The notes beneath the pieces were generated by a model. That model did not search any database. It had not been told where the DNA came from and was given only the letters and a program-made list of their open reading frames with translations. 64,000 bases of DNA from a virus. Where the stretch lies: IMG/VR virus record IMGVR_UViG_3300022540_000472, positions 18,978-82,977 of that record. One strand, written 5' to 3'. The translations under genes were made by a program, and so were the position numbers. How positions within the stretch are numbered: the stretch's first letter is position 1; each line of letters begins with the position of its first letter. Below are positions 55,527 to 64,000 of the stretch, one piece after another.

Positions 55527-58500
55527 TGAGCTGCCAACCTCCATACGATTATAGACCAATAGCGGCACCTGTCGCTTTCTGTTCTGCACCTGTTTTTATT
55601 GAACATCGCTCTCGTCTATTCACTGGTGGGAGTTATTTTAGGAGCATTGAACAAGGTCCTCTCTTGAATAATATTTCTATCCAATCTTCATATATTGGAT
55701 CAGATGTATTTCGTTTAACGGTTAGATATTATGCTGTACTAAGTGAAGCTGCTACCGATACAGAAACGTATGATTTTATACAAACTTCTGCAGGCTCACC
55801 ATTAGAGTGTGATGTTGGTGGAATAGATACTTTACGTTTTCTTGTTAATCGTGATAGCCAGTATATTGAAATGTATACTCGTGGAGCCGATACTGAATTC
55901 GATATAGAAGGTGAGGATAGCATCTGTCTAGACACTTTCACAGAAACGTTTATGTCTGGTGGGTCTGGTGGACCACAAGATGGTTCAATTATAGCAAACA
56001 TTAACACTGGGCCTGAACGTACAATAATTATAATTAATTCAACAGAACGGGCTGATGGAACCCCAACCGATCCTCCTGTAGAAAGAAAAATTCAACAATG
56101 GGATGGAAGTGAATGGGTAACTTATCAAAATCTTGTTCCTGGTGCTTGCCCAGCAACCACGTTGATTGGTGTTGATCAAGCAGGAAATTTCCCTCCAGTA
56201 TTTGCTCAAGATATTCTTGATCAAGCAAACTTTGAAACAGACGTTATTTCTTTGTCATCTGTAGCTTCTGATCCAGATGGAAATGTTATTTCTTATAGTG
56301 CTGACGGTTTGCCATCAGGAGTAACGATTGATATCAATACAGGATTAATATCAGGAACAGTTGATGCTGGTGCTGCTGTAAGTAGTCCGTATAGCGTTAC
56401 AGTAACTGCAAATGATGGAAGGGGTGGAGTCGTTACTGATGATTTTATTTGGACTGTTGTAATTGCATATGAACTCATAACTTCGTTTACTCATCCTGAT
56501 CTAACTGCTGCATGGACTATGGATAATATTTCTGGATCAACACTTATCGATGAATCACCAAATGGATATGATTCAGTAATTACAGGAGCTACCCCAGTTT
56601 CAGGAATAATTGACCAAGCATTAGATTTTAGCAGTACGAGTACATATATTACTCATACGCTACCTGCATTTGGAACTAATGATTTTTCAATATCATTATG
56701 GTATAATCCTGATACATTCACATTATATAATCATTTATTAACAGATGCGGTCGACCAAGATAATTTTGCTTTTAAGATTGGTACTACTGGATTTAATCAG
56801 GTACCTTACTTCTTTACAAGTCCATCGGGCACTCTGGCCTATTCATCTTCATTAACTGGGGCTAATTGGTATCATATAGTATTAATGAGAAGTGGAACAG
56901 ACATTTATATTTCTGTAAATGGTGTAACAGAATTAGTTGGGACTGGATTTACTTATGATTTAACTACTACATCATTCTATACTGGCATCGGTGGGAATGT
57001 TCCATCAGAAGCATCTGATGGTCAACAAGACCAAATGAGAATATTTGATAGAGTATTAACTCAAAGTGAAATAATTGAGTTATATGATGAAGGTTCAGTA
57101 TATTATAATGTTGTCATCGTCGATGATATACCTGTATCGTATTGGAGGCTTGGTGAAAGTTCATCTCATTTAGCGGTTGATGAGATTGGAACCATTGACG
57201 GTATATACCACACTGGTGATTTTGGTAAAATAGGTAAAGGAGCTGTGTTCAATGGTTCCGATTCAAAAATTGATTTTAGTTTCGTTACAGGATTTCCAAC
57301 TACAGATGTAACAGTTAGCTTTTGGGCCAAATACACAACCAACACTGAAAAAAGTTCTATTATATTTGCTTCACCAGATGAGACACCATTAAATCGCTTC
57401 AATATTCATTTCACTTGGAGTGATGGAAGAATATTTTGGGATTGGGGAGACATTCTTGTTGGTGGAAGATTGATTCTAATATCTGACGCTGGATGGTTAA
57501 ATGTTATGGCTCATTGGACATTTATAGCAGAGAGTGGAGTTGGTATGAGGATATATCGTAATGGTACTCTTGTTGCTAGTAACGCAACAACATCTACATT
57601 TGCAGTGGGAACAAAAACAATCAGTCTTGGATATTATAATAATCCTGTAACATATTGGAATGGTGATATAGATGAACTTGGTATATGGAACCGATCTCTC
57701 ACTGATCCAGAAATAGCAGAATTATATAATAGTGATAATGGAATATCACACCCATTTGGTACAGGTACTACCCTACTTAGTGGGTTATATTCATATCATA
57801 ATTTTGAAGATAATTCAAATGATTTGGTGGGTTCATTAAATGGATTAGACTACAATATATTATATGATGGACTCAATATGGGCCAAACTGGATTAATTTT
57901 ATTTGATTCCGATACAGCTGTGGCATTTGATGGAACTACCCAATATGTATCAACAGGATACAAGTATGATTTTATTCAACAGACAGGAATATTTACTATA
58001 GAAGTATGGATACAATTAACTGATTATACTCTGAATACAGTTCAGATTATTGCAGGTACTGAATTTGCATCAGCTGGACATGGGTGGACTATATGGTATG
58101 AAAATAGAACAGGGGCGGGATCACATGCTATTGCCTTTTTAATAGCTAAAGGAACGGAAGGTACTTATGGAATAGTTGCCTTTTCAAATGATGAAGCAGT
58201 CACAGATAATCTACCACATCATGTTGTTGTTACTGGAAGTGGATCAGCAGTAACAATGTATGTAGATGGGATACAAGTAGGTGATCCAGATTCATATGTA
58301 GGACTTTCTAGTTCATCATCTGCAGCTAATGCATGGATCGCTGGAACATCTAGTGGTGCAGGCCTTAAATTTGATGGTATACTAGATGAAGCTGCAATAT
58401 ACGATTATCAATTATCTCTAACTCAAATTCACGACCACTACATTGCTGCTGGTTATACAATATCACGACCATATTATAATGCTATTACTGCAGATGCTCC

Positions 58501-59779
58501 TATTGCATATTGGAGATTGGGTGAAAGTTCTGGAATAGTTGCTATTGATGAAATAGGTACATATAATGGTACATATGGAGGAGATGTAAGTGTAGGACAG
58601 ACCAGTCTCATACCAACAGAAAATGATCAGTCAATATTATTTAATGGTAGTTCAGGAGCTGTTAATGGAACAGGTGTACCACTAGGGGACAACCCAACAA
58701 CTTTTTCAATTGAAGTAATAGTTAAAATAATTGCTGACAATACAGGAACTAGCAGTCAGTTTATATATGATCAACGAGATGAAACTATCGGAGAACATAG
58801 TATTGCATTCTTGTATAGAGAGTCTACGGGAAAATTTGCTATTAATAAATCACCTTCAACAGGAAATGAATTTAATTCAAACTTGTCTGTGACCTTAGGT
58901 CAGATTTACCATTTAGTTTATATAGAGGATGGAATTAACCGATATCTATACATTAATGGAGTACTTGATAATAGCGATGCTTTAGCTGAAGTATATACAG
59001 GTGTTGCCACAACTGGTTGGTCGATAGGTCAATTGGCTTGGAGTACTGCTAGTGGTGCAACATTTAATGGTGTTATAGATGATATGTCTTTATATGATTA
59101 TGCATTAACACCTGCACAAGTAATCAATCACTATGATGCTACTGGTTATGAAAATATAATTGCATTCAATCATCCAAATCTTGTTGCTGGATGGACAATG
59201 GATAATATTTCTGGATCAACACTTGTAGATGAATCTCCAAATGGAAACGATTCAATAATTACAGGTGCAACACAAACATCAGGTCTAATAGGACAAGCAT
59301 TAGACTTTAGCAGTACGAGTACATATATTACTCATACATTACCTGCTTTTGGTACTAACGATTTTGCTATATCAATGTGGTACAATCCAGATACATTTAC
59401 ATTCTATTCACACTTATTAACAGCTACGACTGGTCAAAGTGATTTTGCCTTTAAAATTGGGGATAGTGCATTTTCAGGTAAACCATATTTCTACACACTT
59501 GCATCGGGTTCAAAGGTTTACTCTACAGGATTAACTGCTGGTAGCTGGCAGCATATTGTATTAATGCGAGAAGGGACAAACATTTATATTTCTATAAACG
59601 GTGACACTGAATTAGTCGGAACTGGATTTACTAATAATTTAACGACTACATCATTCTATACTGGTATAGGGCAAGGTATTGAACATTTGGATGGACAAGC
59701 AGATCAAATGAGAGTATTTGATAGAGCCTTAACACAAAATGAAATTGATGCATTATATAATGGAGGTGCTGGTGCATAA
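55526..59779 (+). CDS. Large virion adhesin/fibre-like protein with putative Ig domain and multiple LamG (concanavalin-like) domains
   Basis: DPDG..ISYSADGLPSGVTID..TGLISGT Ig motif; repeated YWRLGE, W.HIV, LYVNG, IDE..IY motifs. Confidence 0.85.
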   Translation: MSCQPPYDYRPIAAPVAFCSAPVFIEHRSRLFTGGSYFRSIEQGPLLNNISIQSSYIGSDVFRLTVRYYAVLSEAATDTETYDFIQTSAGSPLECDVGGIDTLRFLVNRDSQYIEMYTRGADTEFDIEGEDSICLDTFTETFMSGGSGGPQDGSIIANINTGPERTIIIINSTERADGTPTDPPVERKIQQWDGSEWVTYQNLVPGACPATTLIGVDQAGNFPPVFAQDILDQANFETDVISLSSVASDPDGNVISYSADGLPSGVTIDINTGLISGTVDAGAAVSSPYSVTVTANDGRGGVVTDDFIWTVVIAYELITSFTHPDLTAAWTMDNISGSTLIDESPNGYDSVITGATPVSGIIDQALDFSSTSTYITHTLPAFGTNDFSISLWYNPDTFTLYNHLLTDAVDQDNFAFKIGTTGFNQVPYFFTSPSGTLAYSSSLTGANWYHIVLMRSGTDIYISVNGVTELVGTGFTYDLTTTSFYTGIGGNVPSEASDGQQDQMRIFDRVLTQSEIIELYDEGSVYYNVVIVDDIPVSYWRLGESSSHLAVDEIGTIDGIYHTGDFGKIGKGAVFNGSDSKIDFSFVTGFPTTDVTVSFWAKYTTNTEKSSIIFASPDETPLNRFNIHFTWSDGRIFWDWGDILVGGRLILISDAGWLNVMAHWTFIAESGVGMRIYRNGTLVASNATTSTFAVGTKTISLGYYNNPVTYWNGDIDELGIWNRSLTDPEIAELYNSDNGISHPFGTGTTLLSGLYSYHNFEDNSNDLVGSLNGLDYNILYDGLNMGQTGLILFDSDTAVAFDGTTQYVSTGYKYDFIQQTGIFTIEVWIQLTDYTLNTVQIIAGTEFASAGHGWTIWYENRTGAGSHAIAFLIAKGTEGTYGIVAFSNDEAVTDNLPHHVVVTGSGSAVTMYVDGIQVGDPDSYVGLSSSSSAANAWIAGTSSGAGLKFDGILDEAAIYDYQLSLTQIHDHYIAAGYTISRPYYNAITADAPIAYWRLGESSGIVAIDEIGTYNGTYGGDVSVGQTSLIPTENDQSILFNGSSGAVNGTGVPLGDNPTTFSIEVIVKIIADNTGTSSQFIYDQRDETIGEHSIAFLYRESTGKFAINKSPSTGNEFNSNLSVTLGQIYHLVYIEDGINRYLYINGVLDNSDALAEVYTGVATTGWSIGQLAWSTASGATFNGVIDDMSLYDYALTPAQVINHYDATGYENIIAFNHPNLVAGWTMDNISGSTLVDESPNGNDSIITGATQTSGLIGQALDFSSTSTYITHTLPAFGTNDFAISMWYNPDTFTFYSHLLTATTGQSDFAFKIGDSAFSGKPYFYTLASGSKVYSTGLTAGSWQHIVLMREGTNIYISINGDTELVGTGFTNNLTTTSFYTGIGQGIEHLDGQADQMRVFDRALTQNEIDALYNGGAGA

Positions 59780-59871
59780 TTTTACCCTATTATTTTAATT
59801 GGTAACCCCTCAAAAATACAGTCTAAATATTATTAAACCAAATTATAACCGTTTAATAGGAGAACGAAAAA

Positions 59872-60249
59872 ATGGCAAAATCAAAATATCCACATATTGA
59901 ATGGATCGATTTAAACAACGATGGCACACTTACAGAAGTGGCTGTGATGAGACGTGATGGGCTCGGAAATATGTACTTTGTACGACTTGATAATCTTGAT
60001 GAAATTGATAAGAAACGTCTATTTAAAATTGTTACAAACCGTAACGCTGAATTATATGAGTTATGGGATTTGATGAGCAATGTAACACTTGGAAACGGTG
60101 TTAATGCTCTTACATATTTCCATCAGCTTGTCAAAGTTAGAACACCTGCTGGTAAAGTTATGACACCAACATCTGGTGTGATTGGTGCTCCTGCTGCTCC
60201 AAAAGCAGCTCCTGCAGCTCCTGCAGAACCTACACCCCCTGCTGAGTAA
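59872..60249 (+). CDS. Hypothetical late protein with Pro/Ala tail
   Basis: GGAG RBS; CTAAATA upstream. Confidence 0.75.
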   Translation: MAKSKYPHIEWIDLNNDGTLTEVAVMRRDGLGNMYFVRLDNLDEIDKKRLFKIVTNRNAELYELWDLMSNVTLGNGVNALTYFHQLVKVRTPAGKVMTPTSGVIGAPAAPKAAPAAPAEPTPPAE

Positions 60250-60263
60250 TATATCCCAACAAT

Positions 60264-60291
60264 AAAAAAGGTGGCTTAAGCCACCTTTTTT
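60264..60291. terminator. Bidirectional Rho-independent terminator
   Basis: AAAAAAGGTGGC-TTAA-GCCACCTTTTTT between convergent genes. Confidence 0.92.
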
Positions 60292-60315
60292 ATTTCTTTT
60301 CTACATTATTACTTA

Positions 60316-61497
60316 TTATGCTGTTCTAGCAACAGATACCGTAAGTGTATATGTAATCGTCAATGTTCTATTTGCACTTTTAAGTACTGGGCTGAAAATG
60401 ATATGTGTTAACAATCTTTCACGTTCAGTTGTAGAATTGACTGGGTCATTTTGAATACCAGCATCAACACCATCAACAGCTGTTTGTAAAACACCACCAG
60501 TAGGTGTGTTTACTGAAGCAATCATGTCAGCTCCACCACCTGTACCTGCAGCAAGTAAAACAGATGATGTTGCACCAGTAGTATCACTTGTAGCTTTCAA
60601 GAAGCCAAATGTTTGAGTACCAATTGGAATTGAAGAGAAGCTTCCTGAATTATCAGTAATGGTTAATGTTCCACCAGTAAAAGATGGAGTTCCCCAAGCA
60701 ACGGCACCAGTATTAATAGCTTCACAAATATCACCGTAAAGAATTTCACTACTTGGACCAGAACCACCAGCAACTGGTGTGGTAAAGTTAATTTGTTGAA
60801 GTGTGCCACCATCAATTGTAACATCAAGAGAATATGCTGTATTAGCTAAAAGTCCTGAATCATCTTCAGAAGTTCTGTTACCAACGTCAATATTGTGGTA
60901 ACCAACAGATGCACTAGCAGGTGTTCCAGTTGTATAAAGACCGATTTCGTCAAATGTGAAATCACTCTCTGTGTCTGTTTGATCATCAGTTAAAAATTGT
61001 CCGGTTGGCTCACCAGGATTTAAAACAGATGTGATAACGATTTCAGATGTGAGTCCAAGTTCATTACTACGGACACCAGGACCAGAAACGTGTTCAACAG
61101 TAGTTGGATCACCAGTTGGATCTGCACCACCACCAGAACGTTGTCCAGCATTTGGACCAGAAGAACCTGGATCTGTACCTAAAAGACCACCAGCACTGTC
61201 GTTGATAATTTCAGAATATGTTTCGTTATATAAACGAGAATCCCAAGTATTTGAATCAGGTGATTGTCCATCATTCGGTGTATTGTATGTTATCAAGAAA
61301 GCGGCATCAACAGAAGTACCACCATTACCGTAAGCGATTCTATGAATCCAGTAATTGCTTTCAGCCGAAAGTGCTCTCGCAATGACACGAGATAGATTCT
61401 GTGGATGAACCGCATTATCCTCGTTAAGAAGTACTTCGCCCAAATCATTCTCGATTTTAACGTGTCCCTTAACACTAATTGGTAAAAATTGTTCCAT
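60316..61497 (-). CDS. Putative virion structural (baseplate/tail-collar) protein
   Basis: GHVKI...NAVH; GNGG; FTFDEIGLY; THIIFSPVLKS.NRTLTITYTL; G/T/S-rich. Confidence 0.6.
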   Translation of the reverse strand: MEQFLPISVKGHVKIENDLGEVLLNEDNAVHPQNLSRVIARALSAESNYWIHRIAYGNGGTSVDAAFLITYNTPNDGQSPDSNTWDSRLYNETYSEIINDSAGGLLGTDPGSSGPNAGQRSGGGADPTGDPTTVEHVSGPGVRSNELGLTSEIVITSVLNPGEPTGQFLTDDQTDTESDFTFDEIGLYTTGTPASASVGYHNIDVGNRTSEDDSGLLANTAYSLDVTIDGGTLQQINFTTPVAGGSGPSSEILYGDICEAINTGAVAWGTPSFTGGTLTITDNSGSFSSIPIGTQTFGFLKATSDTTGATSSVLLAAGTGGGADMIASVNTPTGGVLQTAVDGVDAGIQNDPVNSTTERERLLTHIIFSPVLKSANRTLTITYTLTVSVARTA

Positions 61498-61541
61498 TCT
61501 ATAGTCTCCTGCTATTCTTAGTATTTTTAGTATTTATGACT

Positions 61542-61772
61542 TTACCCCATACGTCTAACACTAGTTGTAAGCTGTTTGATCGCGTTATTGAACATAACAG
61601 GCTCTACCTTTGTGTTACCGAGGTCAAATTGCTCAATAAATGCATCATCTATGTCTGCAAATATGAAGGTTCCTTTGTTTCCAGTGCGCTCAATTGATGA
61701 CATGCTAAAATTATTGACTTTGAGGCAAGCTGCCAAAACGATGTCTGTTGTTCGAAATTCTTTGATTATCAT
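61542..61772 (-). CDS. Small DUF5659-like protein
   Basis: FRTTDIVLAACL...F.F...VEP..F. Confidence 0.55.
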   Translation of the reverse strand: MIIKEFRTTDIVLAACLKVNNFSMSSIERTGNKGTFIFADIDDAFIEQFDLGNTKVEPVMFNNAIKQLTTSVRRMG

Positions 61773-61820
61773 AAAACTACCCTATTTTAATTTATGTAAT
61801 ATTTATAAGTTTATTACAAA

Positions 61821-64000
61821 TTACTCGAAAGTATTGCTGTAAAGATGAATAACTGTACCCAACGTTTCATCGAATGAACCAACATCCCAGAATGGATAGT
61901 CAAATGAATCTATAATTGAACCACCTGTTTGAATTACTGCTGCATCAACAGCTTCAACACAACTAACACCGATAGCATCAGTAAATGCAAAAATAGCTTG
62001 TGCATCGTTGTTTGGTTCAATCCAGCCATATGGTTGGACAGCCGTAGTAATGTTTGGATATACTGTTAATGTCACAGTATTATCTCCATTATCATTAACT
62101 TCTGTTCTATACAAGACAGGTGAACCATACATTCTATAATCTTCATCGATCCGTATTTTGTACATTCCATTATTTGTTATTCCTGCAGGTGAACCACTTG
62201 GTGGTGAGCCTGTTGTATCAAAGCCACCTAATATTTCAAAGTCTTGTCCAATCTGTAAGTCACTAACAGCAGTACTAGAAGGATCAGCGATGGTGATAGT
62301 ATTTTCTACAAGGTCAACAGAAAGAATCATATACTGGAACCAATCAGTAACAGTCCAACCAAAATTAAGATCATCAGTAATTGTACCACTCAATTGTGCA
62401 GCAGATACACCTGTTATGTTTAGGATTTTTCCATATGGTTGTTGATCGGTTATAATGTTTCCAGATATGTAAATTAATGTTTCATCTGTACCACCGAATG
62501 TCAATAACCCACCAATCAACGAACTTGGTATTTGTGTAGTTACAGGAATGGTTGTCGTATTAGGTCCAGAACTATATGTCGCACCAACTAGTGGAGAACC
62601 TGATCCTTGAACAACATAACTTCCATCATTTGATGGAGAACCTGATCCAGCAACAATAAATGCAAATCCTGGGATAAACTTATCAGCATAGTTTCCTGCA
62701 ATAGTAAATGTATCAGCACCCGTATCGACAGCTGTTACAGTTTCATTGCCTGCTCCATTATAGAATGCACGAGAAACAGTCCAAGTACCATTATTTGTAG
62801 TCTCTGGCGACAATCCAGTTGAGTATGCATCTTGGATAGTAAACTTACTAGCATCTGGGAATAAAGTTGTTTGGTCACCAAGCACTGTAAATGTATCAAG
62901 AGATAAATCAACATCAACTATGTTGAGATAATTAGCTGATGCTACGATTTCGTTCGACATATCTACAACACTAGAGATGGTTGGATTAATTAAACTAGTT
63001 GGTAACAAATCAACATCAACATGTAATGGACCTGACCAAATATACGTAATTCTATCAACCGATGCATCACCAGTTGTTTTTGGAATAACAATTGTTGTTT
63101 GTGTAGAAGCATCAAATAGCGCACCTTTAATATTACCAAGATTTTTTGAATAGTTCTGTTCAATAACTGTTGTTGGAGAACCACCATCACCATTATTAAA
63201 TGTTGCATTTACAACTTCTTCACTAACAGTAATAACTGTATTACCTGGTGAGCCAACATAGGTAGAACTAACAACAGTAAACCAACCTTTATTTGTTAAT
63301 GTATAATCAACATAAAAAGATACACCAGGTGTGAAGTATGATGTATGATCACCAGGAACTGACATCGTATTAACACCATCCCCAACAGCAACAACTGGGA
63401 AGTTTGTTATCTGCCACTGGCCTGATAACGATACACCAGTATATCCATCGAATGTTGTGTTGCCAAAGAAATGGTAAGCAAAGTTACCACCATAAATTTC
63501 AAATTTGTCTGGAGAGACGGATGAAACCACAACATTCGCAAGTGGAGAACCACCACCATATGTTCCTTCGTGATTGACCGTAAGTGGTTCAATAGCTAAT
63601 AATGGCGAACCACTACCATATAAAGTACTATCTGTATTTTCAAGGTTATATGCATATATGTCATCTAATGGATGTAATTGTGTGTTAAATTCGATTCGTT
63701 CATCAAACATTACATCAATGCGACCTTCAGGAACATTTGTACATTGAACAATTTCATCGAATCCAATATTCTTAAGTTTTAACTGACCTTCTCCGAGTGG
63801 ATTCGGAACATGTTGAGCTACAGCAATTCTTGTGTTGCCTCCAACTAGTGTTGATTGCAATACATAAAATACACCATCGTTACCGAATGAATGACTAACC
63901 TCAATCAATGAACCAGTTATAAACACTCCTGTGTAATCACCGAGTATATCAAACGTATTAGTCGTTCCACCATTATTAGTAGAATCAATTGCATATTGCG
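61821..64000 (-). CDS. Large beta-rich virion structural protein, 5' end outside the window
   Basis: Frame stays open past 63926 to the window edge; repeated N.G.(W/Y).V and GSGSP motifs; C-terminal WDVGSFDE. Confidence 0.7.
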   Translation of the reverse strand, partial: QYAIDSTNNGGTTNTFDILGDYTGVFITGSLIEVSHSFGNDGVFYVLQSTLVGGNTRIAVAQHVPNPLGEGQLKLKNIGFDEIVQCTNVPEGRIDVMFDERIEFNTQLHPLDDIYAYNLENTDSTLYGSGSPLLAIEPLTVNHEGTYGGGSPLANVVVSSVSPDKFEIYGGNFAYHFFGNTTFDGYTGVSLSGQWQITNFPVVAVGDGVNTMSVPGDHTSYFTPGVSFYVDYTLTNKGWFTVVSSTYVGSPGNTVITVSEEVVNATFNNGDGGSPTTVIEQNYSKNLGNIKGALFDASTQTTIVIPKTTGDASVDRITYIWSGPLHVDVDLLPTSLINPTISSVVDMSNEIVASANYLNIVDVDLSLDTFTVLGDQTTLFPDASKFTIQDAYSTGLSPETTNNGTWTVSRAFYNGAGNETVTAVDTGADTFTIAGNYADKFIPGFAFIVAGSGSPSNDGSYVVQGSGSPLVGATYSSGPNTTTIPVTTQIPSSLIGGLLTFGGTDETLIYISGNIITDQQPYGKILNITGVSAAQLSGTITDDLNFGWTVTDWFQYMILSVDLVENTITIADPSSTAVSDLQIGQDFEILGGFDTTGSPPSGSPAGITNNGMYKIRIDEDYRMYGSPVLYRTEVNDNGDNTVTLTVYPNITTAVQPYGWIEPNNDAQAIFAFTDAIGVSCVEAVDAAVIQTGGSIIDSFDYPFWDVGSFDETLGTVIHLYSNTFE

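Noticed and set aside
55526-59779. Diversity-generating retroelement acting on the LamG repeats
   Set aside because: No reverse transcriptase; differences between the copies are not limited to adenines and both copies are in-frame coding
160-59810. Recurring TAACCC/GGGTAA words in intergenic regions as a shared operator
   Set aside because: Too short and variably placed; several double as RBS-like purine runs, so significance cannot be judged without a motif search
3809-63592. Many short antisense or alternate-frame ORFs in the track (for example 3809-4087, 5378-5752, 20559-20990, 41501-42091, 44385-44576)
   Set aside because: They lie inside confidently assigned genes, lack RBSs and have shadow-frame composition
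1-64000. Stop-codon reassignment
   Set aside because: Known genes are full length under the standard code and end at TAA, TAG or TGA as expected

Overview
A 64-kb, AT-rich, densely coded segment of a large T4-related (jumbo-type) tailed phage genome using the standard genetic code. The replication core comprises a B-family DNA polymerase, sliding clamp, DnaB/gp41-like helicase, gp61-like primase, two-subunit type II topoisomerase, NAD-dependent ligase and RNase H-like 5'-3' nuclease. Nucleotide metabolism genes include nrdAB with glutaredoxin, thyA, DHFR, dCMP deaminase and three MazG-like proteins. Virion genes (PAAR spike, a 1417-aa LamG-repeat protein, other structural proteins) lie at the right end. 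Near-consensus sigma70 promoters and T4-like late promoters (TATAAATA) alternate throughout. The accessory load is heavy: a complete yeaG/prkA-yeaH-ycgB/spoVR operon followed by phoH; a circularly permuted two-piece tmRNA gene, absent from the ORF track, directly upstream of a ClpP-like protease; tRNA-Arg(CCU), peptide deformylase, Thg1, a Pth2-like protein and an Rnl2-type RNA ligase; Acb1 and NADAR counter-defence homologs; and a PagL-fold outer-membrane barrel with altered catalytic residues. A Gram-negative, probably proteobacterial, host is inferred. All calls come from motif recognition by eye; no database searches were run.
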